Source: an uncultured Candidatus Saccharibacteria bacterium
GTDB lineage: Bacteria; Patescibacteriota; Minisyncoccia; Phycocordibacterales; UBA1550
Assembly: GCA_964457625.1 (NCBI GenBank)
Contig: CAYWES010000001.1
Location: 83,725-144,523, forward strand
Direction: 5' to 3'
DNA length: 60,799 nt
Made by a program: the position numbers and the translations under genes. Below the pieces are notes generated by a model. It was given only the letters and a program-made list of their open reading frames with translations, did no database searches and was not told the DNA's origin. Positions 45,917 through 55,827 of the stretch are shown here, piece after piece; positions within the stretch are counted from its first letter, which is position 1, and every line of letters starts with the position of its first letter.

Positions 45917-47074
45917 TTAATCACGAATCACCTTTTTGATCGCATCCACAACCCCGAGGTCAAATGCCGTGGGAAGTACTTGCTCTGGCGTCGGATCCTC
46001 CACATACCCCGCGAGTGCCTCAGCAGCGGCAATGAACATCCCCTCATGGAATTGCTTGATACGATTGTCCAAAGCTCCACGAAAAATCCCAGGGAACGCA
46101 AGAGAATTATTAATTTGATTAGGGAAGTCAGAGCGCCCTGTCGCCACGATAAACGCTCCCGCTTCTTTTGCGATGTCGGGCATAATTTCAGGAATTGGGT
46201 TTGCGAGAGCAAAAATAATAGGACGCTCTGCCATGCCCTGTACCATCTCTGATGTGAGAATACCTCCCTTGGAAACACCCACAAAAATATCGGCGCCCTT
46301 TAGTACTTCCGCAAGTGTTCCGGAAACTTTTTGCGGGTTTGTGAGCTGCGTGAGTTTTTGCTTTTCTTCGTTCAGTCCGGGGCGCCCTTCGTAAATTGCC
46401 CCTTCTGAATCACAGACGATGAAATCTTTAAAACCATACGCGAGCAAGAGATTAATAATCCCCGTCCCCGCTGCTCCCGCACCACTCATGACAATACGCA
46501 CAGACTCTTTGGTGCTTTCCCGAAGCTTGAGTGCGTTGACAAGACCTGCAAGCACCACAGTCGCCGTGCCGTGTTGATCATCGTGCATAATGGGAATAGA
46601 AAGTTCTTTGCGAAGCCTCTCTTCAATTTCAAAACAGCGCGGCGCGGAGATATCCTCAAGGTTGATAGCGCCAAAGACAGGGGCAATTCGTTTTACCGTA
46701 GCAATAATTTCCTCTGTATCCTGCGTATCAAGACAAAGAGGAAACGCGTCCACCCCCGCAAACGCTTTGAGGATTGCCGCCTTCCCTTCCATAACGGGAA
46801 TTGCCGCCCCTGCGCCGAGATTGCCCAAGCCAAGAATTGCTGATCCATCAGAAACGATAGCAACGGTATTCCCTTTTATCGTATGCGTGTAAGCAAGCGT
46901 CGCGTCATCTCCAATTGCTCGGGAGACCTCCGCAACCCCCGGTGTATACGCAAGAGACAAGTCGTCTACGGTAGACAAAGGGACTTTGGGAACCACCTCT
47001 ATCTTGCCACGATGAGTTTTGTGGAGATCTAGAGATTCTTCGTATACGTTTTTCTGTGTGTCTATGGGTTCCAT
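45917..47074 (-). CDS. NAD(P)-dependent malic enzyme, short form without a PTA domain
   Basis: LSLAYTPGVA, VAIVSDGSAILGLGNLG and the Rossmann motif SGAGAAG. 385 aa. Confidence 0.9.
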   Translation of the reverse strand: MEPIDTQKNVYEESLDLHKTHRGKIEVVPKVPLSTVDDLSLAYTPGVAEVSRAIGDDATLAYTHTIKGNTVAIVSDGSAILGLGNLGAGAAIPVMEGKAAILKAFAGVDAFPLCLDTQDTEEIIATVKRIAPVFGAINLEDISAPRCFEIEERLRKELSIPIMHDDQHGTATVVLAGLVNALKLRESTKESVRIVMSGAGAAGTGIINLLLAYGFKDFIVCDSEGAIYEGRPGLNEEKQKLTQLTNPQKVSGTLAEVLKGADIFVGVSKGGILTSEMVQGMAERPIIFALANPIPEIMPDIAKEAGAFIVATGRSDFPNQINNSLAFPGIFRGALDNRIKQFHEGMFIAAAEALAGYVEDPTPEQVLPTAFDLGVVDAIKKVIRD

Positions 47075-47185
47075 AAAAAATATTTCCTCAGTGTATCACA
47101 TCTTGGTATCCTCACGAAAAATATTGACAATACGCGTATATTTAATATACATTAGTTGCTAGATAGTTAACCAAGAGGATTTGAT

Positions 47186-47569
47186 ATGAAAAATGTTCTT
47201 GTTGTTACGCGTTATAATGACGCGCTTTCCTACAGAGGGAAACCTCCGTGGCCGAAACGATTTCGCCATGAAATTCGTGACCTCGTTGAAAAAGAAATGA
47301 ACAATCTTGGAAGCGCAACGCTTCTCGTAAATCACGAACCCTGTGAATATCACTCTGCATTGAGTACCGCAGAGCGAGTAGTATGCATGAAAGTGCATCC
47401 TTACATTGATAATGAAGAGTACGAGGATGAGGAAGAGTTCCTATATTTCCCAAAACTCTCTCGAGAAACTTGGGATTTAAAACCTGATCTCTACCGTCAA
47501 CAAGAAAGCTCGCACCATACGTGGGTAATGAGATACTACACGTACGAGCGCAATCGCGTGAGTCCCTAG
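47186..47569 (+). CDS. Hypothetical protein (127 aa), no recognisable family
   Basis: SD AAGAGGA 6 nt upstream of the ATG, a TTGACA -35-like element upstream (about 47125-47130), and a perfect terminator overlapping the stop codon. Acidic central stretch DNEEYEDEEE. Confidence 0.55.
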   Translation: MKNVLVVTRYNDALSYRGKPPWPKRFRHEIRDLVEKEMNNLGSATLLVNHEPCEYHSALSTAERVVCMKVHPYIDNEEYEDEEEFLYFPKLSRETWDLKPDLYRQQESSHHTWVMRYYTYERNRVSP

Positions 47570-47590
47570 GGACTCACGCGATTTTTATTT
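47555..47590 (+). terminator. Intrinsic terminator (12-bp perfect stem) overlapping the stop codon of the preceding ORF
   Basis: CGCGTGAGTCCC-ta-GGGACTCACGCG followed by ATTTTTATTT. Confidence 0.8.
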
Positions 47591-47608
47591 GAAAGTAAAT
47601 AAAAAATA

Positions 47609-47617
47609 TGGTATAAT
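47609..47617 (+). promoter_or_regulatory. Extended -10 box TGgTATAAT, 8 nt upstream of the ATG at 47626
   Basis: Read directly from the sequence. The spacer TAGGAGAT also contains GGAG, but only 3 nt from the ATG. Confidence 0.5.
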
Positions 47618-47625
47618 TAGGAGAT

Positions 47626-48345
47626 ATGAGTAACGACGCCATCCAGTACCCCATCCGTATCAACCGATACCTCGCCCTTAAAGGCATTGCCACACGCAAA
47701 GGAGCCGATGATTTAATCGAGCGTGGCCTTGTGAGCATCAATGGCAAACGAGCCTCTCTGGGCGACAAAGTAGAAGAAAAAGATGCCGTTGTAGTGCGTG
47801 AATCTGCACTGAAAAAGATTTCTTCTCAATATAGATACATTGCATACCACAAGCCTCGCGGTGTTTCTACGGACACCCAAGGAGACACGCGTTCTATTCG
47901 TTCAGAAATCCCCGCCCTGCGCGGACTCTTTCCTGTTGGGCGTTTGGATAAAGATTCACATGGACTCATTATCCTCACCAATGACGGGCGTATCACCGAA
48001 CGTCTCTTAAATCCCGCTCGCAACCATGAAAAAGAGTATCATGTGCGTGTCGACAAATCAGTCACTGACACGTTTATGCGCCACCTCTCACGAGGAGTGC
48101 TCATAGAGGGATACAAGACGCGTCCCGCAAAGGCGCGCCGTGTGGGAGAAACGGTCTTCAATATCACCCTCACCGAAGGAAAGCGTCACCAAATTCGCCG
48201 TATGTGCGCCGCTCGTGGATATGTCGTTCTTGATCTTGAACGTATCCGCATTATGAATATCAAGCTCGGCGCACTCAAAGAAGGGGCGTATCGCGACTTA
48301 ACCCCAAGCGAGCTTGTCTCGTTGTTCAAAGCAATCAATCTCTAA
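47626..48345 (+). CDS. Pseudouridine synthase, RsuA/RluB family
   Basis: N-terminal S4 domain (IRINRYLALKGIATRKGADDLI) and catalytic motif GRLDKDSHGLIILTNDG. Confidence 0.88.
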   Translation: MSNDAIQYPIRINRYLALKGIATRKGADDLIERGLVSINGKRASLGDKVEEKDAVVVRESALKKISSQYRYIAYHKPRGVSTDTQGDTRSIRSEIPALRGLFPVGRLDKDSHGLIILTNDGRITERLLNPARNHEKEYHVRVDKSVTDTFMRHLSRGVLIEGYKTRPAKARRVGETVFNITLTEGKRHQIRRMCAARGYVVLDLERIRIMNIKLGALKEGAYRDLTPSELVSLFKAINL

Positions 48346-48701
48346 ACCACGAAATTGAGGTAGCTCCCCACGATAACAAGCAACCCAATAACACCTGCCG
48401 TCAGTGCGACGAGGAGTACAAATCCCCCCATCATGTCTTTGATTTTTCCAATAGCAGGATCGGTCTGAGGCTCCACCTTGTTGCACAAATCTTCAATAGC
48501 AGTATTGAGAATTTCCGCACTGAGTACTGAGGTAATACATGCGGCAATAATAATCCACTCAAGAATAGTAAATCCCAAGTACACTCCTATCCCCACGACC
48601 AAGAGAGCGACGACGCTCTGAATTCTAAAATTTACTTCTTCGCGCCACACAGAAGCAATTCCATGCATCGCCCACCCAAAGCTTTTCAATAATTTTTTCA
48701 T
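48342..48701 (-). CDS. dgkA: Diacylglycerol/undecaprenol kinase (DgkA family)
   Basis: Three TM segments and the EILNTAIE motif. I prefer the start at 48701 (MKKLLKSF) because the ORF-track extension runs through the csp terminator hairpin. Confidence 0.85.
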   Translation of the reverse strand: MKKLLKSFGWAMHGIASVWREEVNFRIQSVVALLVVGIGVYLGFTILEWIIIAACITSVLSAEILNTAIEDLCNKVEPQTDPAIGKIKDMMGGFVLLVALTAGVIGLLVIVGSYLNFVV

Positions 48702-48736
48702 ACAATAATTATGTGCGTATAATATCCCCAGTATAG

Positions 48737-48770
48737 CAAAAAACACCCATGCGTGCATGGGTGTTTTTTG
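48737..48770. terminator. Bidirectional intrinsic terminator downstream of csp
   Basis: AAAAACACCCATGC-gt-GCATGGGTGTTTTTT. Confidence 0.8.
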
Positions 48771-48795
48771 CTATACAAGAATGTGCTTTGTTTTA

Positions 48796-48996
48796 TTAAA
48801 CACGAGCCACGTTCTTTGCAGATGGTCCTTTTGTATCTTCTACGATATCAAAAGAAACCGTGTCTCCGACCTTAAGGTCTTCAAACATAACATCGATAAG
48901 ATCCTTAGCGTGGAAAAAGAGGTCCTTAGGAGCTCCTTCGCGAGCGATGAAGCCAAAGCCTTTGTCCGTAAGTGTCTTAATTGTTCCTTCCGTCAT
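48796..48996 (-). CDS. Cold-shock protein (CspA family)
   Basis: GTIKTLTDKGFGFI (RNP1) and the FFH (RNP2-like) motif. 66 aa. Confidence 0.95.
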   Translation of the reverse strand: MTEGTIKTLTDKGFGFIAREGAPKDLFFHAKDLIDVMFEDLKVGDTVSFDIVEDTKGPSAKNVARV

Positions 48997-49103
48997 ACTA
49001 CGTTATATATTATCTGATAAACCATCAAACGCGACTCCCGTTTCAAGTTTGCACATAGTATCATAGGTTGGAATAATGACAAAACTTTGGGATACTAGTA
49101 CAT

Positions 49104-49727
49104 ATGAAGACTCTTACCACTAAAGAACGAGCTCTTTTTAAAAAGCTCAGTACTCCGCGCAAAATTCAGGATTTTCTCGATACACTCCCTTACAATTATG
49201 AGAAAAATGGTGATACCTGTAGGTCCGTCCGAAACGCACTCAAGGCGCGCAAAGCACATTGCATTGAGGGGGCGTTCATTGCTGCTGCGGCACTCCAGTA
49301 CCATGGGCACAAACCTCTCATCCTCGACTTTAAATGTCTTCCCATTGATGAAGATCATGTCGTGACTTTGTATCGTATAAACGGATACTGGGGTGCCATC
49401 AGCAAGACAAACCACGCGATTATCCGCTTTCGAGACCCGATTTATCGCACCATCCGAGAGCTCGCACTTTCCTATTTCCACGAATATTTTATGTTTGAAA
49501 ACGGAGCAAAGACCTTGCGGTGGTATTCACGACCTCTTTCTCTCGCTCGTTTTGGGGATGACTGGATAACAGGAGAAGATTGCTGGGATATTGCATACGC
49601 ACTGGATACGTCGCCTCATTACGCATTTGTTCCTTCTCAAAACATACACCACTTGAGACCCGTACCAGGTTTTGAGCGCAAAACCCTCACCCCATTGGAG
49701 TGGAAAAAAGAAGACCCTCGTACTTAG
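49104..49727 (+). CDS. Hypothetical protein with a possible transglutaminase-like/papain-fold Cys-His-Asp core
   Basis: AHCIEGAFIAAAAL (Cys at a helix N-terminus) followed by DHVVTLY and GYWGAISK, which resembles the transglutaminase-core order. This is a weak call made by eye. Confidence 0.4.
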   Translation: MKTLTTKERALFKKLSTPRKIQDFLDTLPYNYEKNGDTCRSVRNALKARKAHCIEGAFIAAAALQYHGHKPLILDFKCLPIDEDHVVTLYRINGYWGAISKTNHAIIRFRDPIYRTIRELALSYFHEYFMFENGAKTLRWYSRPLSLARFGDDWITGEDCWDIAYALDTSPHYAFVPSQNIHHLRPVPGFERKTLTPLEWKKEDPRT

Positions 49728-50890
49728 CTTGAAGATCGTTTTCTCGGCTCCTTGAGATAGCGTTTCTTTTTAAGTTTTTCCGGGAGAAAATCTTCCTTGG
49801 TGTAATGTTCATATTCATCACCGTATCCGAGTTCTTTGTTGAGTTTGGTGACAGGATTGCGAATCTTAAGGGGCACGGGAAGATTGCCATATGTTTTTAC
49901 ATCTTCTAGCGCAGCATTGAGCCCATCATACGAGCTCCTGTCTTTCTTTGATAGCGCAAGGTACGTTGCCCCATGCGCAAGATTGATTGCGCACTCAGGA
50001 AGTCCGATGGTCTCTACGGCACGGAAGATTTCATTTGCAACGACGAGCGCTGTGGGTTGCGCGAGGCCGATGTCTTCACTCGCAAAAATAACCATTCTCC
50101 GCGCAATGTATTTTGGGTCTTCACCAGCATCAATCATGCGCGCGAGGTAATACAGTGCAGCATCAGGTTGCGAAGCACGCATGCTTTTGATAAATGCGCT
50201 GATGAGGTTGTGGTGTTCTTCTCCTTTTTTATCATACCGAAGAAATTTTGATTGAAGGGTTTCCTTGAGCGTTTCTATGGTGACGGTACCGTACAGCTCT
50301 TTCGTCGCCTCAAGCATGAGAATTGCCTGCCGTGCATCTCCGTTTACCATGGAGACAAGCCACTCCCGTGCTTTGCGATCCAGTTTAATCTTGGTACGAC
50401 TTATAATCAAAGATACTTCTTTGCCAGCAAGCTCATGAAGCACAAATACTCTACAGCGAGAAAGGAGTGCCGAAATCACCTCAAAGCTTGGATTTTCTGT
50501 TGTTGCACCGATTAAGGTCAGTTGCCCGCTCTCAACATACGGGAGAAGGAAATCTTGTTGAGCTTTATTAAACCGATGGATCTCATCCAAGAACAATACT
50601 TTTGGTTTCTTGTTAATCGGAAGCTCTCCGCGCCCCTCATTGACGATTGTCCTAATGTCTTCTTTTCCTGCTGAAACCGCGGAAAGCTCGTAAAAGCTTG
50701 CCCCGAGAGATTGTGCATAGATGCGCGCGAGTGTCGTCTTTCCTACTCCCGGTGGACCCCAGAGAATAAACGAGAAAAGGTGTTTTTTCTCAATCGCCAC
50801 ACGAAGAGGCTTGCTTGGGCCGACAAGGTGCTCCTGCCCAATGAAGTCTTTCAAGTGTTTTGGCCTTATTTTTGAAGCGAGAGGTTCCAT
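49724..50890 (-). CDS. rarA: Replication-associated recombination protein A (AAA+ ATPase RarA/MgsA)
   Basis: [11 protein letters not shown], Walker [10 protein letters not shown], Walker [12 protein letters not shown] and the MgsA C-terminal domain. Confidence 0.92.
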   Translation of the reverse strand: MEPLASKIRPKHLKDFIGQEHLVGPSKPLRVAIEKKHLFSFILWGPPGVGKTTLARIYAQSLGASFYELSAVSAGKEDIRTIVNEGRGELPINKKPKVLFLDEIHRFNKAQQDFLLPYVESGQLTLIGATTENPSFEVISALLSRCRVFVLHELAGKEVSLIISRTKIKLDRKAREWLVSMVNGDARQAILMLEATKELYGTVTIETLKETLQSKFLRYDKKGEEHHNLISAFIKSMRASQPDAALYYLARMIDAGEDPKYIARRMVIFASEDIGLAQPTALVVANEIFRAVETIGLPECAINLAHGATYLALSKKDRSSYDGLNAALEDVKTYGNLPVPLKIRNPVTKLNKELGYGDEYEHYTKEDFLPEKLKKKRYLKEPRKRSSS

Positions 50891-50896
50891 GGGAAT

Positions 50897-50905
50897 ATTT
50901 TACCA
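50897..50905 (-). promoter_or_regulatory. Extended -10 box TGgTAAAAT (minus strand), 6 nt upstream of the rarA ATG at 50890
   Basis: Read from the reverse complement. Confidence 0.5.
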
Positions 50906-50939
50906 TGGAACCTCAAAAGATTTTCTATGTTTCTTTTCT

Positions 50940-51557
50940 TTAGAATCCTAGAGCTTCTTTGACCAAAATGACTCGGACGGTGCGCCCCATAAATGCGGGC
51001 TCTCGTTCAAATGTGAGAATTTTTGAGAGCACGGTTCCTCCCATGCCTACGGATTTCATGCGCTCGTCTTCAAGCGCTACCACATGATTCTTGAGCCGTT
51101 CAAGAGCTCTTTCGTATGTGGGTACAATTTTTTGAGCACCAACTACAAAAATGAGATTTTTTGATGTAAACACGATATGAGGAAGCTGACTTCCCGAAGC
51201 GGAGGCAATAATGATTTCTCCCGTCTCTGCGAGCGCGTGCACGCTTCCCAAATAGTAATCTGAAAAGAGCGCAAGATTACGAAGTTCTGCTTGGCGAGCG
51301 GGATCTGCCTCGAGAACAACTGCTTCCTTGAGGTTGTTCCAAGGGTGCTTATTTGATTTGAGGTACTCAATAAAGCCAATCTCTTCGAGCGTACGCGAAG
51401 ATCCGTTATTAATTGAAGCGCCTTGAGGAATGAGGGTCTTAATAGTTTCAAGTGCTTCTTCTTTAGTTTCAACAACAAAAGATTCGATATTGCGCTCTTT
51501 TAATGCACGCACTGTTTTTTCGATACTCTCTATGCTCGGTATGTCAGTGTAACTCAT
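50940..51557 (-). CDS. LUD-domain protein (LutC/YkgG-like, DUF162)
   Basis: 205 aa. The overall pattern (..L..R.I...VV....EAL..I..LIP.GA.I..G.S.TLEEIG ... GSVHA....GEI) matches the lactate-utilisation LUD fold as I remember it. Confidence 0.7.
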   Translation of the reverse strand: MSYTDIPSIESIEKTVRALKERNIESFVVETKEEALETIKTLIPQGASINNGSSRTLEEIGFIEYLKSNKHPWNNLKEAVVLEADPARQAELRNLALFSDYYLGSVHALAETGEIIIASASGSQLPHIVFTSKNLIFVVGAQKIVPTYERALERLKNHVVALEDERMKSVGMGGTVLSKILTFEREPAFMGRTVRVILVKEALGF

Positions 51558-51616
51558 GGAAATATCTTGTTATATAAATAATTATTTTGTTATTTCGGAA
51601 ACTCTTGTGATCATTT

Positions 51617-54364
51617 CTACGCGGCACGCAAGCCGGCATTCGTACGTTTAAAATATTTTCTCTTAAAGTGATCAATGATGAGGATTTCAACAATATTTAT
51701 GGAGATAATAAGCCCCCATGCTCCGAGAGTAAGTGGCACCAAATGGAGTGTTGACTGAAACGGCTCAACATACACCATAGCAAGGAGAATGGCGAAAGAA
51801 ATGACCACCGCACCTGTAATAAACTTATTATCGAAAATATCTTTTCGAATAATAGGCTTTCTGAATGAACGGAGGGAGAGTGCCAAAAAGAGTGACTCAA
51901 GACACAAAAAGGTCATAATCATAGTACGTGTAAGTTCCAAGTCATTTAGGGTCGTGTACAGACAAAAATAAAAGATTGCTACAATTCCACCACTCACCCC
52001 AAAAACGGAAAACATGAGCGCGAGAGACGATTTGTCAACGATTGATTCATGAGGGTTGCGAGGAGGTTCCTGCATAATACCGTCACGTTCTTCTTCTGTA
52101 GTGAGAGCCAAGTCAGGAAGTCCACTCTCAACAAGGTTCACGAGGAGCAACTGTGCCGCAAGGAGCGGGAGGGGAAGCCCGAGACCCACACACACAAAGA
52201 AAAGGAAAAACTGAGAGAAATCCTGAGTGATGAGATAGAGAAATACGCGCCGGATATTCAAGAAAATAATCCTCCCCTGCTCTACCGCCTTTACAATCGT
52301 TTTAAAACTCCCATCAAGGAGCACAATATCAGCTACCTCGCGCGCCGCGTCAATCTCACTATTTACCGCAACACCGATATCGGCAGCTTTAAGAGCAGGC
52401 GTATCATTTACTCCATCGCCAAACATGGCAACCACCTCCCCTTGCCGCTGTAAAAGCTGTACAATACGAAGTTTGTGACGAGGCGAAACGCGGGCAAAAA
52501 GAAGTACTGTTGAAAGACGTTTGTCGAGCTCCACATCGTCCATTTCTTCCAAATCGCGCCCTTCGAGAATTTGGTCGTCTTGAATAACAAATCCTATATT
52601 TGCCGCGACAGCCTGAGCCGTAGCTTTGTTGTCCCCCGTCACAATGATGGTACGGATACCCGCGGTTGCGGTCTCTCGAAACGCTTCTGCAACATCGGGG
52701 CGCACCGGATCATCCAGCACAATAATCCCCATAAGCACAAGATCTTTTGCGTGTTCTTCAAGATTCCCCTTGAGAGTTTCCACGGGGACATCCTCAAACG
52801 TGCGGTACGCAACGGCAATGATACGATACCCCTTCTTACTAAACTCTTCCCATGTATCAATAATGTTCTGATATTTTTTTCCTTTTGCAGGAACGACTCC
52901 TTTGGGTGTACTGAGACTTGTTATACGCTCAAAAATTCGCTCCGGCGCGCCCACCACGGAGAGCTCAAGGACGTTGTTGGGAAATGCGCGCAGGTTTCCG
53001 GAATATTTTCTATCTGAAGAAAAGAAAATGGTATCAATCTCCGGATATTGCTGATCTAGGGTATTTTGAATGATACCAAAATGTACACCCAACTTCAGAA
53101 ATGCTTGTTCTGTGGGGCGTCCTCGAAAAATCATTTCACTTTCAGCTTCTCCGGGATTTTCAATATACGCGTCAATGGAAAGAATCCCTGTGGTAAGAAT
53201 CTCGTGCTCTTCGGGAGAAATCTCTTTTATGTCGGGAGTAATTTCCAACAACCCCGATGACGTGACGATGTGACTAATGGCCATGTTCCCTTGGGTGAGA
53301 GTTCCTGTTTTGTCGGTACAGATTACCGTTACACCACCGAGCGTCTCTGTCGCCGCGAGACGACGCACGAGGCCACGATGTTTGAGAATGCGACGCATTC
53401 CGAGCGTTAGCACGATGGTAATGGCGGGCAAGAGACCTTCAGGAATAGCCGACACAAAGAGTGCAAGAGCGGTTGCGCCGAGGTCCTCAACAGGCTTCCC
53501 AACTATAAATCCTTCAAGGAGAATGATTCCTACAACGAGGGTAATAAAAATACCAATAACTTTAGAGAGGTGTGCGACCGTTTTTTGAAGAGGGGTTGCT
53601 TCTTCTTCTGTGTCTGCGAGCATGTGTACAATATCTCCATACTCAGTGTGTATCCCCGTTTCCACAATCATCACATGAGCAGTCCCTTCTTCCACAATAG
53701 TCCCCATGAACACCATATTGGTCCTATCGGCAATTTCAATGTTGTCTTCAAGAATTGTGTCGTTCTTCAAAACAGCCCTGGACTCTCCCGTGAGGCTCGC
53801 TTCATTAACTTTAAAATTTGATGATGTGACGACACGCCCATCGGCAGGAACCTTGTCTCCCGCACGCAGGACGATCACGTCACCGGGAACAAGTCCTTGG
53901 ACGGAAACCTCTTGTTCATATCCGCCTCGCACGACGCGGGCTTTTTGTTGAATAAGTGCTTTGAGAGATTGGAGAGATTTGTTCGCCTTATATTCCTGAT
54001 AGAATCCTACGACAGCATTACTAATCATCACCACGGAAATAAAAATCGCGTCAGAGGTATGCTGAATGAGGATAGAAACAATCGTTGCCACAAGCATGAT
54101 ATACATGAGAGGGCTGTTGAATTGAGAGAGAAAGAGTTTCCACGCGGGATCTCCCTTTTTCTGCGGCATTGCGTTGGGGCCATATTCCGCGAGGCGCTCA
54201 ATGGCGACAGTTCCCGCAAGACCGTCGGGACTACTCTTGAGATCCTCAAATACTTTCTCAAGAGGATACGTATGCCATGGTGTACGCGCCAATCGCTCCG
54301 TAGTCTCACCGATGCGAGATGCTTTTTCAAGAATATTGTTAAACAATGAAATCATAATGCTCAC
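51617..54364 (-). CDS. P-type cation-transporting ATPase (type II, Ca2+/Mg2+-ATPase-like)
   Basis: TGES (SLTGESRAV), phosphorylation site ICTDKTGTLT, the hinge GDGVNDTPALKAADIG, and 10 TM segments. The track start is a GTG at 54364; an ATG at 54355 is an alternative. Confidence 0.93.
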   Translation of the reverse strand: MSIMISLFNNILEKASRIGETTERLARTPWHTYPLEKVFEDLKSSPDGLAGTVAIERLAEYGPNAMPQKKGDPAWKLFLSQFNSPLMYIMLVATIVSILIQHTSDAIFISVVMISNAVVGFYQEYKANKSLQSLKALIQQKARVVRGGYEQEVSVQGLVPGDVIVLRAGDKVPADGRVVTSSNFKVNEASLTGESRAVLKNDTILEDNIEIADRTNMVFMGTIVEEGTAHVMIVETGIHTEYGDIVHMLADTEEEATPLQKTVAHLSKVIGIFITLVVGIILLEGFIVGKPVEDLGATALALFVSAIPEGLLPAITIVLTLGMRRILKHRGLVRRLAATETLGGVTVICTDKTGTLTQGNMAISHIVTSSGLLEITPDIKEISPEEHEILTTGILSIDAYIENPGEAESEMIFRGRPTEQAFLKLGVHFGIIQNTLDQQYPEIDTIFFSSDRKYSGNLRAFPNNVLELSVVGAPERIFERITSLSTPKGVVPAKGKKYQNIIDTWEEFSKKGYRIIAVAYRTFEDVPVETLKGNLEEHAKDLVLMGIIVLDDPVRPDVAEAFRETATAGIRTIIVTGDNKATAQAVAANIGFVIQDDQILEGRDLEEMDDVELDKRLSTVLLFARVSPRHKLRIVQLLQRQGEVVAMFGDGVNDTPALKAADIGVAVNSEIDAAREVADIVLLDGSFKTIVKAVEQGRIIFLNIRRVFLYLITQDFSQFFLFFVCVGLGLPLPLLAAQLLLVNLVESGLPDLALTTEEERDGIMQEPPRNPHESIVDKSSLALMFSVFGVSGGIVAIFYFCLYTTLNDLELTRTMIMTFLCLESLFLALSLRSFRKPIIRKDIFDNKFITGAVVISFAILLAMVYVEPFQSTLHLVPLTLGAWGLIISINIVEILIIDHFKRKYFKRTNAGLRAA

Positions 54365-54422
54365 ATTAAAGCATATTTGAATATACCTTGACCAGGAATT
54401 ATTTTGCCTTCATACTGTCCAT

Positions 54423-54869
54423 ATGCTTACGCAAGGAACCATAGCGCCGGATTTCACTCTTCTTGATCAGAACGGTGACGCGCACACCTTATCAGATTAT
54501 CAGGGGCGATATGTGCTTGTGTATTTTTACCCAAAAGACGACACTCCCGGATGCACCACAGAAGCCTGCGCCATCCGTGATCTCTATAGCGACTTTGAGA
54601 GCAACAATGTCAAGGTACTTGGTATCAGTGGAGATACAAGCGCAAGCCACAAAAAGTTTTCTGATAAATACAACCTCCCTTTTACGCTTCTCGCAGATAC
54701 GGAAAAGACTGTGATTGAAATGTATGGAGCGAAAAAGAACCCTGTAGGGATTAGTCGTATTTCCTATCTCATTGCTCCCGATGGTACGATTGCAAAAACA
54801 TACCCAAAAGTAACCCCTGCGGATCACGGCGCGGAGATTCTCAAGGATATATACGCACTCAAGGCATAG
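54423..54869 (+). CDS. bcp: Thiol peroxidase Bcp (peroxiredoxin)
   Basis: Active site FYPKDDTPGCTTEAC. 148 aa. Confidence 0.93.
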   Translation: MLTQGTIAPDFTLLDQNGDAHTLSDYQGRYVLVYFYPKDDTPGCTTEACAIRDLYSDFESNNVKVLGISGDTSASHKKFSDKYNLPFTLLADTEKTVIEMYGAKKNPVGISRISYLIAPDGTIAKTYPKVTPADHGAEILKDIYALKA

Positions 54870-54883
54870 TCTCTGGAGACACT

Positions 54884-54928
54884 CCTAAAAAGAAAAATTC
54901 CTCTTTGAGAGGAATTTTTCTTTTTAGG
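54884..54928. terminator. 21-bp perfect AT-rich inverted repeat between convergent genes (probable bidirectional terminator)
   Basis: CCTAAAAAGAAAAATTCCTCT-ttg-AGAGGAATTTTTCTTTTTAGG. Confidence 0.75.
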
Positions 54929-54941
54929 GGGGCCTTGCTTC

Positions 54942-55812
54942 TTATAGACCCAAAGGATTCTCCAGGTTAAGAAACGGTCCAAGCTCGTCCCATGTGAACA
55001 AAATTTCGGGCATCCCCACAGCGTATGGTGCGACCTGGTACTGATTCATCACAAACACAATACCATCATCTTCTATGATAAAGTTTTGAAAATTCGAAGG
55101 GAAGAAAAAGCCATCACAACGACACGCATCTCTGTTGAAGGTAATCCCATCCGAGGCAAGATATGCCAACCCGAGACCACCATCCACCATTGTTTTATTT
55201 GTCATATCTCCAAGTTGGGCGAGAGCTTTTTGTGCCAAAAGACGCGTGAGGAGAATATCATTACGATTGCTCACAAAATCAATAATATCCTCGATAGCAA
55301 TGCGCCCCTGGGAACCAAAGGTAAAGGTCGCGGGAATGGTGAGTCCATGAGCTCCTCCTGTAAATTCGTATGAACCTAGGAGATATGACACGGTCTGAAA
55401 ACGCTCCGATGCAAAAGATTTGTAGTTAATATTAAGCTCATAAATCATTGCGGGACGATCAGGAAAATCAGTGGACACTTGCTGTTCGGCAGTATATGCT
55501 TCCCCGCCAATCCTCCACTCTTCTTGCTTTTGTGCCACAAGATGTTCTACATACTCTTCCACTACATTGAGGGTGTCGCGCGTATCGAGAGGAAATTTTG
55601 CGGTAATGGTATAGAAACTTGTTATATCCTCTATCTTTCCTACACTCACGAGAGGAGGAGTTATGATTTTCTGAGAGGGCTTCATCCCTCCTTTTTCACG
55701 CAAACACAGAAAAGCAATTGTCACGGCAAAAATAATCAAACCCACAAAAAGAACTTTCTGATAACGAGAGCTTATAGTATTGAAAATTTTCATATACCTT
55801 AAGCCTATCATG
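54942..55812 (-). CDS. Membrane-anchored DUF3298/DUF4163-type (RsiV-like) domain protein
   Basis: TM anchor, then a domain containing YEFTGGAHG, which is characteristic of DUF3298. The start at 55812 (MIGLRY) has AAGGGAG 7 nt upstream; 55793 is an alternative. I reject the ORF-track start at 55919 because it overlaps ogt. Confidence 0.65.
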
Positions 55813-55827
55813 TTCTCAACTCCCTTC

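Noticed and set aside
48342-48345. Convergent genes (pseudouridine synthase on plus, dgkA on minus) whose stop codons overlap (tCTAA) with no terminator between them.
   Set aside because: This is real in the sequence. It is a common consequence of genome compaction and not a distinct functional element. The same applies to the 4-nt convergent overlap at 49724-49727.
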